From assembly GCF_001194135.2 (NCBI RefSeq), contig NC_068992.1:55266723-55330722 (forward strand): a stretch of 64,000 nucleotides of DNA, written 5' to 3'. Below are positions 1-12,189 of this stretch, piece after piece; within the stretch, counting starts at the first letter, position 1; each line of letters begins with the position of its first letter. This stretch comes from Octopus bimaculoides (lineage: Eukaryota). Under the pieces are notes generated by a model that was given only the letters and a program-made list of their open reading frames with translations, made no database searches and was not told where the DNA came from. The position numbers were made by a program, and so were the translations under genes.

Positions 1-43
<43 letters not shown>

Positions 44-95
44 GTATATATATGTATATATGTATATATATGTATATATGAAATATATTTATGTT
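1..95. repeat. (TA)n/(TATG)n microsatellite
   Basis: Directly visible. Confidence 0.95.
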
Positions 96-504
96 CGTAT
101 ATGTATTTGTGTATATGTGCCACTAACCTATTCAAATTTATGTTAATTCTCTATAGGTCTGTATGCATTCATCAGCCAATGACATGTGGGAAAGATAATG
201 AACTCGTCATATATAACATGATTTACGTGATTGAACCGCGGCGCCAAAATGAATGGTTATTTACCTATTCTTTTATATCTATATCGTCACCTGTTCTATG
301 ACATATGTGAGCAGTTGCACTTAGTTCATATTTTCCACAAAAGAAATTCTCTCCCGGCTAAACACATTACTTAAACACAATGCGTCAAGGTATATCTGTT
401 GTTCTTAATTCTAAAACTTTAAATCTAATCTCTCGCTCTACTTCACTTTCTAATATATTTTTACTCTCAACGAAAAATAGTTTGCTGGACAAAAAGCTTA
501 GCTG

Positions 505-665
505 CATTTCTCCCAGCTTTACGTGTTCAAATACTGCCGAGATCGACATTGTCTTTCAACGTTTCGTGGTCAATAAAATAAGCACCAGTTGAGCAATGGC
601 GTCGGTGTAACCGATTAACCTCTCCTCTTAATATTGCTGGTCTTGAGTTTATAGTAGAGAGAATT
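505..665 (+). mobile_element. SINE-A, degenerate 3' part
   Basis: gttcaaatactgccgagatcgac...caataaaataagcacca...ggtcttg matches the other SINE-A copies in this window. Confidence 0.75.
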
Positions 666-791
666 ATATTTTTCGCTATCCCTGTATTTATCACATTTCC
701 TGGTCCCCCTGTTTATGTCATTCTTCCATCAATGTTCCAGCATACTTCACTAGGTTTTCATTTTTTCTACTGGAAAAGGAAAATGTATCTA

Positions 792-862
792 TAGACGCGG
801 GTATGGCGGCACGCCTAAGAAACTTGTTTTGCAACAGTACGCTTTGAGCTTCAGTCTTACTC
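792..862 (+). mobile_element. SINE-B head fragment
   Basis: agacgcgggtatggc...agaaacttg...ttcagtc resembles the SINE-B head at 41910. Confidence 0.4.
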
Positions 863-1220
863 GTTGTTTTGTTTGTGGATATTGTTTTCCTTATTGCTAT
901 TGTTACTCCTACTCCTAGAAATATGCATGTTGCTATTACGCTTACTGTTATTCATATCCCAATTACTAATATTATTACTTCCACCGTAGCTTTCATTACT
1001 AACGACATTGTTGTTGTCCTTTTCGTTATTTTCCATTTTATCATTATTTATATCATCATCTTGCTTTTTAAGAATTCTATTATACTTATTGCTATAAACA
1101 TTGTTTCCATTAAAGCTTACATGTCTAGTACATGCGACACGAATATGAATACTATTTTGAATATTAGTATAATGGCTATGACTATTAATATAACGGGCAT
1201 CACGACTACTATTATTATTA

Positions 1221-1570
1221 TTATTACCTCCACCTTAGCGAAGGCGAAGGTATTGTTTTTAGTCGTGTTTGTTTATTTGTCCGTGGAAGATATCTCAAGA
1301 ACAGCTGGATGGATTCCGACGAAACATTCAGAGATGTTTGGGCTGATAACAATCACGAACCGATTAGATTTTGGGGATCGATTCGGTATCGGACAAGGAT
1401 CCTGGATTATGTTTCCGATCTTCTTTACTTAATTTTTGTGAGCGGTCGGGTTAATTTTTAATATTCTCGTTTGTGAGAGCAGTCGAGTTTATTTCAGGTA
1501 TTCTCATTTGAAAAATCATCTCCGGTTAATCGTTGAGAGGAAGTTGGTCTTGCCTTGGCGGAAGTTTGCT
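1221..1570 (+). mobile_element. Non-autonomous DNA element with 5' hairpin and subterminal inverted repeat (DINE-1/Helentron-associated or CryptonV-like)
   Basis: 5' hairpin acctccacctt-agcg-aaggcgaaggt (1226-1251); gtttgtttatttgtcc microrepeat then gatatctcaagaac; 3' ccttggcggaagt (1553-1565) inverted to the 5' arm; lies between (ATT)n and (GTT)n. Superfamily is inferred. Confidence 0.6.
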
Positions 1571-1571
1571 C

Positions 1572-1604
<33 letters not shown>

Positions 1605-1630
1605 TATTATTTTCATCATCATTATTATTA

Positions 1631-1664
<34 letters not shown>

Positions 1665-1880
1665 CATTATTATTATTATTATTATTCCTATAATCGTTGC
1701 TGTGACTATCATTATTGATGCTGTTGTTGATATTTTTGTCCTTGTTGCCGTTATTATTAGGTACCATTATTATTATTATTGATTTATTAGTATCATTATC
1801 GTAATTAGTATTAATTTCATCATTGGAGTTATTATCATTCTCATATTTACTATCATTATTATAACCACCATCACCGCCAC

Positions 1881-1949
<69 letters not shown>

Positions 1950-1960
1950 CATCATTATTG
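1571..1960. repeat. Compound (GTT)n/(ATT)n/(ATC) microsatellite
   Basis: Directly visible; the source of the poly-N/I/L/Q/C ORFs at 1494-2073. Confidence 0.95.
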
Positions 1961-2115
1961 AGTGAGAGACCTGTGCATGCCATCAAAGTGACACTGGAGT
2001 AAAATATACGAAGCTCTGCATACCCATCATGACTACTCGGCTGGTAAAGGCGCACTAGGCACATGCAGTACAACCATTTGTGTGCGGCATGGTGATTTTA
2101 TATCAAGGTTAATAG
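1958..2115 (-). mobile_element. 3' end of a (TAA)n-tailed non-LTR element (R4/Dong-like)
   Basis: gagtgagagacctgtgcatgccatcaaagtgacac...atacccatca abuts (ATT)n; the same sequence recurs, also abutting ATT repeats, at 22066-22140. Clade is inferred. Confidence 0.55.
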
Positions 2116-4291
2116 CGCATGAAGCAATGCAGTACAACATATACAAGTATGAAGTGGGTCAAACGCGTCGACTTACGTTGTAAGTTTATATGGTGAGGTC
2201 TAGTTTGGGTCCATATGATGACAAGAATTGTGTCCTCCATCATAATACAGATCGGCAATACAATCATCTTAAACACGATTTGTACACTTCGACATAAGAA
2301 GACATAACCTGCAGAAATTATCTCGAGAAAAAATTCGCCTTATAGACAATTAGTATGAAAATCACAGCGTTGGGCTAGGATGCATGTGCTTTATAGTGGC
2401 TATAAAGAACGTGTCGATATATGTAGCTGATTATGCGAAACGACACAGAAATGCATGCATTCTACAGTTTGATGATGCTATTCACAGCCTGACACTTTGC
2501 TTATCAGATTATTTTTAAGGAAGACTTTACTTCTCGAGACAATATCGGCTGCGTATGTATTTCTATATTCTAATATTCAAAATTATCTGAAATATCATTG
2601 TATGATTTGAATTTCATTCAACCCTGTCTGCCACTTGTTTCTGGTTAATTAGAGTTATGCATTGTATTGATTGAAAGTAGGTTTGGTGCCACTTCCTCTC
2701 CTCCAATGAATTTTAACAAGAAAATGTGAAAAGCATATGCAAAGCTGCTGAATTATTATTTACAATACAACTTATATTGTTACATGGTCCACTCCAGCTA
2801 CAAAATTTCTGGATGTCTGTTGAAATAGTTCTAAGTCAAATACAAGTGTTGGTTATGAATGCAGTGTGATCTGAACAATAAACAGTTATTTCGTATAGCT
2901 GACATATCCAGTATACTAATAAGTAGTTTTAAATCACAGTTAGTGGACAAGAGCTTTTTAGAAATTTCTATTGGGTATTAAACACGGAATGACTTGGTTG
3001 TAATGCGAACCGTTTTAACGGCCTATCCACGTCTCTATCTTAATATGCAGAACCAAAAAAAAATATGCGCAAATAAAAGCAAAAAAATATCATTACTTAA
3101 CATTGTTTTGTTTTCTTAATACTATAACAAGAAATGATTGAAAAGTATTTATGCAAATTTACTTTATAAATCTTGCTCTGGTGCACAAAAGTGTCTGTTT
3201 TATGTAATAACACGAAATAACTGAAATATGATATTGAAATTCAACAACAAGAAGCCATTCTTTATAATCTGTTCAATATATCTTTTCATATATAATGCAA
3301 TAGCGATTTCAGTCGATGATTATAAATACACAAAAATAAAACTGTAAAATAAAGGTTTTGAATGAAATAATTTATTAACCATTTACGCAGAGAGCTCTCT
3401 ATTTTTATCGTATTTAAAATTTGACTGTTTCTTTACAACCTACTATATAATATTTTCCTTCCATTGTTATTAAGGTTATGAAGCTGTTTGTCTCATATAC
3501 TATATTCTATATTTTCTCATAATGTACTAGAAATAAAATCAGAATTTTATCGTAACATAAAATTATTTATTATCCCTATTCTTGTTTTTCTCTTCTCAAT
3601 ACAATCGACAATTTATCGACCACGTGAATGGTGCAGTTAAAACTCACTGATGGATGAGTTTTTTACTTGCTCGCCTACCGAACCTTAGAGCGCATATTTC
3701 GTTTCCAGTTGCTAGTGCTGCGCATTATCTAAAGTATTGATCTTAACAGCCGAATGAACCCGCCTACAAGAACTTTAAATATGTGGAATAATTTACCAGG
3801 GGAAGGTTAGTCAAATTGATTTAGCTATTCACGTGAATGGTATATTTTCTGCTACATGTATTACAGCTAAAGAAATATTCTATAGCATTAAATGGAAGGT
3901 TATTCTGAAACCACGACAGAGCATACCACTATACATTTATATTTACATACGAACTGCTCCATTATATTACGTTAATTATGTCTCTATTTTCAAAATACCA
4001 ATCATTATATATGTAGAATATACTAATTTCGTCATAAACGAGATACTACCAACATTCTAGTAACTAGTGAGTGGGGCGTAAATATTGTATCGTTATTATT
4101 GTATTTAGCTTAATGTTGTTTATATCTTCGACTACGTTCTCATGTTAACTTCGTGGATGTAACATGATGTAAATCCTGATCATCGAAATATGTTGGTTCG
4201 AGTCTCACCCTATGCTGTCAAAAAGGCCTTTATGGATCTAAATTTCACAACGATACTAAATATATTTATCTACCACTCCATATTTTTTACC

Positions 4292-4410
4292 TTTTACTTG
4301 TTTCAATCATTAGAGTGTGGCCATACTGGGGCACCACCTTGAAGGATTTAGTCAAGCAAATGGACCACAGCACTTATGTTTTCTAAGCCTGGTAGAGACT
4401 CAATCAGTAA
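4292..4410 (-). mobile_element. SINE-B 3' fragment
   Basis: ttttacttgtttcaatcatt...ggccatactggggcaccacctt, as in the copies at 41634 and 56740. Confidence 0.75.
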
Positions 4411-4802
4411 AATTTCGTCTATCCCTAGTGGCAATCCGATTTCTCTTTATATTTTACGATAGTTTCCTCTCAATTAGAACCGCTAATATTTCAATGATAT
4501 TCTTTCTTTAATATCGAAAAACTGGATTCCTTTTTTCTTGGCTTATAACAAAGATATCCCACGCGGATAGGAAAGCCTTCTTTTTTCTGTCGAGGGGCTT
4601 ATATGCCCCTTTAATAGACTATTTTCCTTAGTCATTGCACGGTGACCGCCATAAACTTTAAGCTTATATAAAAATACCATTATTATTAATTACAGGACTG
4701 TAAACGTGGCACCGTATAAAAAACCCATTCGCATAGAAATAAAAGTTTTAACGTTTCGGGATTTCGTTAAGACCGGTTTTTACGAAATTCTCAGAGAATG
4801 TA

Positions 4803-5523
4803 GAGGTTGGTCGGAAAGTCTTGTTACCCCGGTACATATTGTTTGTTATTGTCATTATTATCATTATTTTTTTGTTTTAGCACAAACCCCCACTTGTAAA
4901 GATTTGGGTCACCATATCGAGTAGGCACCTGATATGACCCTATTTCTTCGAGCGCACTGTTAACCAGCAATCTTACTTGGACATGTTAAGTGAGTGGTTT
5001 GTTCCACAGATCCAGTAGTTGAATGTTGACCTGACTGATTGTTGGTTTCGACAGTATGGTGCCCCGTCCCACTATGCTATCACTGTCGGGAATACCTAAA
5101 TGACGTGTTTTTCGGTATAGATGGATAGGGCGAGGATCGCAACAATTTCCAGCACCTGTCGATTGGCCTTCCAGAAGTCTAGACGTCACGTCTTGCAATA
5201 CCGCTCTGTAGGATATTATCAAGGAGAGATTTTCACATGAACAATACCAGAATACCCATCAGTTGAAGGACACTGTTTGGAGAGCCTTTGCAGCAATCAC
5301 TAAAGCACAGCTTCGAAAAATATGCAAGTATGGCACCGCATCAATTTGTACCACGAATAAGATGGTGTTCATAATGACCTTCTTGATGTGTGACAGCGTC
5401 AATGAAAATGAATAAACTAAGTTCAGTTTGTATTTTGGATTACTACATTACTTGTTCTCATTACTTCTCATCTATTGTTCTCATTACTTTTTGGTACAGA
5501 AACAAGACTTTCGGACCACCCTG
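4803..5523 (+). mobile_element. Internally deleted Tc1/mariner element of DD41D (rosa/Visitor) type, both TIRs retained
   Basis: TIRs gaggttggtcggaaagtcttgtt (4803-4825, preceded by TA) and aacaagactttcggaccaccctg (5501-5523), 20/23 identical. Decayed transposase 4932-5390: I*PYFFERTVNQQSYLDML..WFRQYGAPSHY..RWIGRG..PVDWPSRSLDVTSCN..IIKERF. Confidence 0.9.
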
Positions 5524-5546
5524 TTTATTATTAAGTATGAACGTTA

Positions 5547-5968
5547 AGGTGCGATGTGGTAGAATTTTTAGCACACTGGACAAAATGCGTAACGGCATTT
5601 CTTCCCGCGTTGCAATTTGAGTTCAAATATCCCCGAGGTCGACTTTAACTTTTTATTCTTTTTCAGGTGGTTGATAAAATTTGTGGCAGTTGAACACTGG
5701 GGTCCGTCTAATCCATTTCGCTTTTCTCTCAAAGTTTCTGGCCTTGTGCCAAAATATTTAAAGAAAGTGTGAAATTTAAGGTGATGAGTTGATAGAACCC
5801 TTAGCACGTCGGACAATATGTTTAGCGACATTTCTTCCGGCTTTATGAACTGAGTTCAAATCTCTGGGTCAGGAAAATAAGCACCATTTCGGCAATGGGG
5901 TAGATGTAATCGACTGGTCTCCTCCTCCAAAATTTCAGGTTTTACGCAAATAGTTGGAAAGTGTGAAA
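5547..5968 (+). mobile_element. Two tandem SINE-A copies; the second has a 12-bp TSD
   Basis: gaaagtgtgaaa at 5763-5774 and 5957-5968; SINE-A motifs gagttcaaat, aatcgact, ggccttgtgcc. Confidence 0.85.
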
Positions 5969-6474
5969 GTACTAATGTGCAGTGACTGGAAACTTAGTGC
6001 TTCTAAGCATTTACTCATTCTCAAAATACATTTTTATTTCGGATTCAGTATGATTAACATGACAGCGTCTTCCGTTTAGAGGAACTTTGTTTCAGTTGTA
6101 ATTCAGATTGTAGACATTTTGGAAAGAAAAACGGAATATAACGTGAGCTTTGAATAAGAGAAAGACTATGATAAAATAATGTAACAATGTAACCACTTGA
6201 CTTCGGGGGTCGAGTGGGCATTACGCATCATTTTCATTCTTTTCATACTCTCATTCGTTTCTTTTATTTTTCTACTTGTGTCATCTTTTTATTAATTTTT
6301 AGTTTCCCGAGTTTATGTTATGTCTCGTTTTGTATTGTCATTATGTGTTGTACTTGTCGAATTAACCTTTTCTGTAGAGCCTTATTATAGGTAATAAAGA
6401 AATAGTTGTAGTTCAGATTTCGATATGCAGATCATCTACGTTAACCGATTTTTCCTTCTTTACTATACGCACAG

Positions 6475-6862
6475 CGTCTGAAATTTTAAAGAAGAGGACT
6501 TGTCGATTACATCAAGCCTAGGGCGCAAATTGAACTTATTCTATCGGCCGCGAAGCGGTGTAAAAGTAAGTTGACACCGGTGGTACTTGAACTCAGAAGG
6601 TAAAAACCCGAAAGAAATACCGCGAAGCATTTTGTCCACACGTCACTCTTAAATAATTGTTTTGAATTTTGGCATAAGACCAGTAATTTTGATGGACCGG
6701 CTAATCAAAAACAGCGACACCAGTACTAAGCTTGTATTTCATTTATCGACCCCTAGATAATGAAAGGCCTCAGCTGTATTTGAACTCAGAACACAAAGAG
6801 TCGTAAGATATTTCGCTAAATAACTTCTCCAATGTACTCACGATTTTTCCAGATTTTCGCCT
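6475..6862 (-). mobile_element. Two adjacent degenerate SINE-A copies
   Basis: Each contains ttgaactcagaa (6588, 6780) and the reverse-strand SINE-A layout. Confidence 0.8.
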
Positions 6863-7839
6863 TTACATTAACTGAAATTACAACTGCTACGAAATGAGTT
6901 TATAGTGAGTAACAAACTGTTGAGATGAATATATGAGTATTACACGGGTCACAGTTCAAGGTAATTCATTTTATTTACCGTCGCTAATATCAGAAAAAGT
7001 CATGAACGCCACACACTCTCAGATACTTCTACTATAAACAACTGACCTCATGTCTAAGTAAGAAATCGATAACTGCGGAGAGAACTGTGGAAAATTATAT
7101 TTTTTTTTATCTGGAATGAAGCTATAGTTGGTTAGTTTTGGCTTACATTAGGCTGACGTGAGTAATATATTCTGTTACTAAACAGGAATCATATTTTTAA
7201 ATATTTTGAGATGCTCCTTGGAGGATTGGAAAACTTGGCATCAGCTACTGCACAATTCTGTAGAGATATAGATGAATAATCCGATATAGGAAAATATGAA
7301 CATTTTATGATGAATGTTTTGGAACATTCTCATCGATACTGCTTGCTTGAATTTTTTTTCTTGCCTTCGTACTTATATATGCATGCATACATATACATGC
7401 ACATATATGCATATAAATATGTATACATATATATAAGTATATATGTATAAATATACACATATATATTTATATATATATTACACAACTACATATATACTTA
7501 CAACATACATAAGTTGTCTAATACAGATGAGAATTAAAAACAAAATCTACAAGAGATATCTTGTAATGATGCTAATCACACTATGTTATGAAACTCCAAT
7601 AAAACAATAAAATGTTATTAATTTTTTTGTTTTGTTTGTGAATTGGTTTTTGCACCTAACCGAAACACAAGCGATGCTGCTTCTATTTAAAGTATTGCTC
7701 ACGTTATATAGTTTAAAGTGTGCTTTAATTCAATTGTCTTATGATTCAGTAAATTCTCTGCTTAAACGTTTGCCTATATTTCTTTCTTTAAAGCCGACAT
7801 GGGATTAACCACAGAGGGGAAAAACAAGGACAGACAAAG

Positions 7840-7992
7840 GGATTCAGTCGATTACATCGAACCAGTGCGTAACTGGTACTTATTTAATCGACCCAGAAAG
7901 GATGAAATGCAAAGTCGAACTCTGAACATAACGGCAGAGGAAATATCGTTAAGCATTTCGCCTAGTGTGCTAACAATTCTGCCAGCTCGCCT
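7840..7992 (-). mobile_element. SINE-A
   Basis: agtcgattacatcga...actggtacttatttaatcgaccc...ttctgccagctcgcc. Confidence 0.9.
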
Positions 7993-8213
7993 TTCTAACG
8001 TTTGCCTATATTGTTAATAATCCATTAATATCACAACATTAAGTATTTTAATGTGTGGTGAAGTCAAGGCAGTGCAGTAATAACGAAGCATTTTTACCCA
8101 TAAAGAGAACGAACAACGTATCCGCTACCTAGTTTAAAGGAACTGAAACTAGTAGCCAAATGACCCTCATATTACAGCTACACTATGAAAAGTATCTAGT
8201 GTTGTAGTAAATA

Positions 8214-8548
8214 TTCTTTTACTTGTTTCAGAGGTTTGACTACCGCTATGCCGGAGCACTGCTTTAAAGGTCTTTTTTTTTATCGAAGCCTAGTAGTTAT
8301 TCTTTCGTCTCTTTACTCAAACCACTAAGTTACGGGGATGTAAACACACCAACATCGGTTGTCAAGTGATGGCGGAGAGACGAGACAAAACACATAGATA
8401 TATACATATGTCTATATACGACGGGCTTCTTTTAGTTTCCGTCTACCAAATCCACTCACAAGGCTGTGGTCGGCCCGAGGCCTTAGTAGAAGACACTTGC
8501 TCAACGTACCACGCAGTGTGACTGAACTCGGAAACGTATAGCCGAAAT
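8214..8548 (-). mobile_element. SINE-B (tRNA head plus CORE-like domain), near full length
   Basis: gacgggcttct..tttccgtctaccaaatccactcacaagg..agaagacacttgctcaa. The CORE-like motif is GTGNCCTTGRGCAAG; consistent with octopus OR-type CORE-SINEs (recall). Confidence 0.9.
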
Positions 8549-8639
8549 GCTTTTGATTATAATCAATATTCCGAATTTTGGCAAGGTAAGACTTATATTC
8601 CCTCCACAGTACTTGACTCTATGATGCATATCTTATCTC

Positions 8640-8712
8640 TCCCTCCGCGGCATTTGAACTCGGAACGTAATGAGTCGGATGAAATATCGCCAGGCAATTC
8701 TTTTGGACGATC
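8640..8712 (-). mobile_element. SINE-A fragment
   Basis: ccgcggcatttgaactcggaacgtaa..gaaatatcgcc. Confidence 0.65.
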
Positions 8713-9049
8713 TCATATTTCTGGCAGGACATTACCTTAGTTTTGGCTATAATTATATCATCTATAAACTGACGAATTGGCAGAGTCGTGGAGAAACAGC
8801 GCTCTGTGTTCAAATCACCCCATTGTTTTTCTGCTTTCCATAATTCTGAAGTCTGTTATAAACTTTCTTTCCTCTAGTTGATGCATTTAGTCCTTCTTTA
8901 TCTCTCTCGTTCACTTTGTTTGTTTCCCTTCTTCTTTCGTTCTGGATTCTTTCTGTAATTCCAATACCTAGCTTTGTCACATTTCGTGACGATGGTTAAG
9001 TTCTGTTTCTGTGTGGGGTAGAATGCTCATTGATTACGTGTCATTATTT

Positions 9050-9626
9050 GATACGGTACGAAGGCGAGGCGGTGAGCTGGCAGAATCATTCGCACGCCGG
9101 GCGAAATGCTCGTCTGAGTTGAAATTCCAAAGAGGTCGACTTTTCCTTTCATTCTTTCGGGGTCGATAAATTAAGTACCAGTTGCGTACTTGGGTCGATC
9201 TAATCGACTGGCCCCCTCCCCCAAAATTTTGGGCCTTGTACCTAGAGTTGAAGAGATATGGTAGAAGGCGGCGAGTTATCAGAATTGTTAGCGCGCCGAA
9301 CAAAATACTTTGCTGCTTTTAGTATGTCTTTACGTTCAGAGTTTAAATTTCTGGCCTTGTGCCTTTAATAGAGAGGGTTATTAGATATGGTGCGAAGGCG
9401 GCGAGCTAGCAGAAATGTCAGCACGCCGGGTAAAATGCTTAGTGGCATTTCGTCCCTCTTTAAGCCCTTAGTTCAAATTCCGCCGAGGCCGACCTTACCA
9501 TTCATCCCTTCGGTGTCGATCGAATAACCACCAGTTAAAGACTGAGATCAATGTCCTCGACTAATCCCCTCCCACCAGATTTCAGATTTTGTACCTTTAG
9601 CAGAAAGGATTATTAGATATGGTGCG
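9050..9626 (+). mobile_element. Three tandem SINE-A copies separated by a reiterated GATAYGGTRCG flank
   Basis: Heads at 9067, 9265 and 9395; flank copies at 9050, 9255, 9384 and 9616. Confidence 0.9.
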
Positions 9627-11844
9627 TTGAAATGAAGTCTGATTTGTCAGAAATGAGTGCAATTGTTTTTGTCATGTCAAAATTATTTTTAAGATTTCTA
9701 ACTGAGTTCTAAAGAAATCACTGTTGTCAGATCTCTGTTTAAATTTTCTAAACAACGAAAAATTCTTCTGAACTCTTTCTTTTCTAACATGTGATTCCAC
9801 GAATTTTTCAAGCTTAATTTAAAGGAAAAGAAAATGGGTTTTATTAGATAAACGGTCTCAGAAACCACCGAATACATAAATGAATCAAATTAGTGAAACA
9901 TTTGAATAACAGGAAATATTTTAAAATGCGATTCTATAAGATAAAGCCCTTAGAATATTTATTTTTTATAACATGGACCCTTTAAGAAATGAGCAAATCT
10001 TGATATAAATTTAATACGCGAATTTAAAGTTGCATAATAATCCTAATTTCATGTCATTTTTATTAAAGATAATCACCTATTATTCATATGTTTATGCTTC
10101 GAAAACACTAAGTTACATCTTTAAAAAAAAAAAAAAGAACTAACCAAATTTTTAAGACATATTTTGATTATGGCTTTAAAATTTCAAGAACTATACCAAA
10201 AAGTACATATTTTATATTTCAGTATTGTTTTTATTACTAGTTGTTTTCGAAATATTCATTTCAGTAAACATTCTGACAATATACTCCTACATGTTCTTGT
10301 ATTATTGATTACCAATCGGCTTTTGATGATGTTTGCATCATTTTAATAACTTTTTAATCAGTTCTTAATCGATATCAAGCAAGTAAATTTCCTTTTCATC
10401 TTATAGTAACTCTATTGTGTGTGTATGTTTGAATTGTTTTACTATTTTGCACGTTTCAAGTAGTTCAGTGTTAGTGTGAGAGGTATAGAGTCTAAGTGTT
10501 CTTAAGTTCAAATTGCACTTGTTTCGAAAAGTATCCATATAATAGTAGACCTAATTTGTTGCATCTTTCGGGGGCCATTATGCGATATTGCGGTAAATTA
10601 GGGACTTTCGCTTTTTCTCCAAGGTCTTCTCTGAGTGTGTCTGATGAATGGTAACGAAAGACCTTTGACTAACAAAACCTAATTAATTCGTTAACCGGCA
10701 CGTTAAACAAACAATCGATTAATTAGTTGGCTAGATATTTACCCAGTTAGCTAACAATAAAGAAGAGGCCTTGAAACAGTGTGTGTATTATTATTGGCGA
10801 AATGACCTCCCCGAAGCAAACAAGTTTTTTTTCAACACTCGAATTCACATTCGGAATCTTGTAACCCGAGTACGAAAACGAAGTAGACCTATTAAAGAAT
10901 AGGCAGTGTGGACCCTCTGTGCCATAGAGACGTAACGGCCTCTTCAACATTTTATTTTTACTTGGGTGATTAAAAAATATAAGGTAGAGTTTAGTTTGAC
11001 TAATTAGATAAACGAAATAGCAGAGCTGTTTAAGTCGTGGAGAGAGAGCAAGCTAATTGTTATTTTTTTAAGTGGTTGAAGAAATCTTGTTGCTGATCAG
11101 TGTCAGATGACACGCAAAACAAAGGCATGTTTAGTCAGAGTGGTTGGCATTTCTTTATTAGGCATAAAGCACTAAACACACTTGGGCCTCTCTCCGGCGC
11201 CTTCTCCATTTTCTCACAATGGGAAACAAAACAACAATTAAAGAATCAACAATGGCAACAATTTGAACAACAATTCAATAAATATTTCAGCACTAACTCA
11301 CATAAACACGACAATAACACCACCTTCAGATTTTTCAGTGTCTTAGTCAGAGTGGTTGGAGAAACCAAATTATAATTGATTAAATTGACTGCAGAAACAA
11401 AGTTAAAATTCAGCGTGTCTCAAGAAACTAAGCTAGAGGTCAATTTGAGTTGAGACATAAACCATGCTACAGTTGTTTCAATGGCTGGACAAGACAAATT
11501 ATATGCCGAATATAGCGACCGGAGAAATCAAGCTGAAAATTAATTTAAGTGGTTATAGAAATCAAATTACAGGTCAGTGTGATTTGCTACACAAACCAAT
11601 GCAGAGCGAATCGAAATCCAATTTCTAAGAAAAGCGTCAGTTAACCTGGTTGCAAAAATCAAAGTAAGTACTTGGTTTTGTGGTTATACGAAGCAAACCA
11701 AAGGTCGTTTAAGAGAGGTTGAAAAAAAAAACACAAGCTCGCATGCATAGCCAGAGGTTGGTTTTTGCCTCTTTGCACTAAGGTTTGCAGTAAAATATTT
11801 AAAAGAAAAAAAACCTTATACAACATAGCCCACACATGTATAAT

Positions 11845-12056
11845 TCTTTCTACTCAAGGTACAGGAACTGAAGGTTTGGTTGAGGGGAGAGGGCTTGTCG
11901 AGCATACTGACCCCAGTGTCCAACTGGTACTTAATTTATCGGCCCGAAAAGATGAGAGACAAATCTATCTCGGCTGAATTTGAAATCGGAAGATGAAACC
12001 GTAAGAAATGCCACTTAGCATTTAGTCCGGTGTGTTAATGATTCTGCCAACTAGCT
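11845..12056 (-). mobile_element. SINE-A
   Basis: gaccccagtgtccaactggtacttaatttatcgg...gattctgccaactagc. Confidence 0.85.
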
Positions 12057-12189
12057 ACATCAATAAGTCTTGACCCCACCGCTTAACTGGTATTTAATCT
12101 GTCAGCTTAGCGCCTTTCGTATATGTCTCATATGAAGAACTCAGCCAAGAAAAAGGTCTGTGAGCTGCAATATCAAGTACGTAAACAGT

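Noticed and set aside
9050-9626. Repeat-spacer-like layout suggesting CRISPR
   Set aside because: The intervening units are homologous SINEs of 120-220 nt, the repeats are ~11-nt degenerate flanks, the DNA is eukaryotic and there are no cas genes.
10511-10522. AATTGCACTTGT, like the miR-92 5' end
   Set aside because: Diverges after 12 nt and there is no precursor hairpin.
10747-10903. 51-codon open stretch after a cag acceptor (LANNKEEALKQCVYYYW...)
   Set aside because: No recognisable family and no upstream partner exon.
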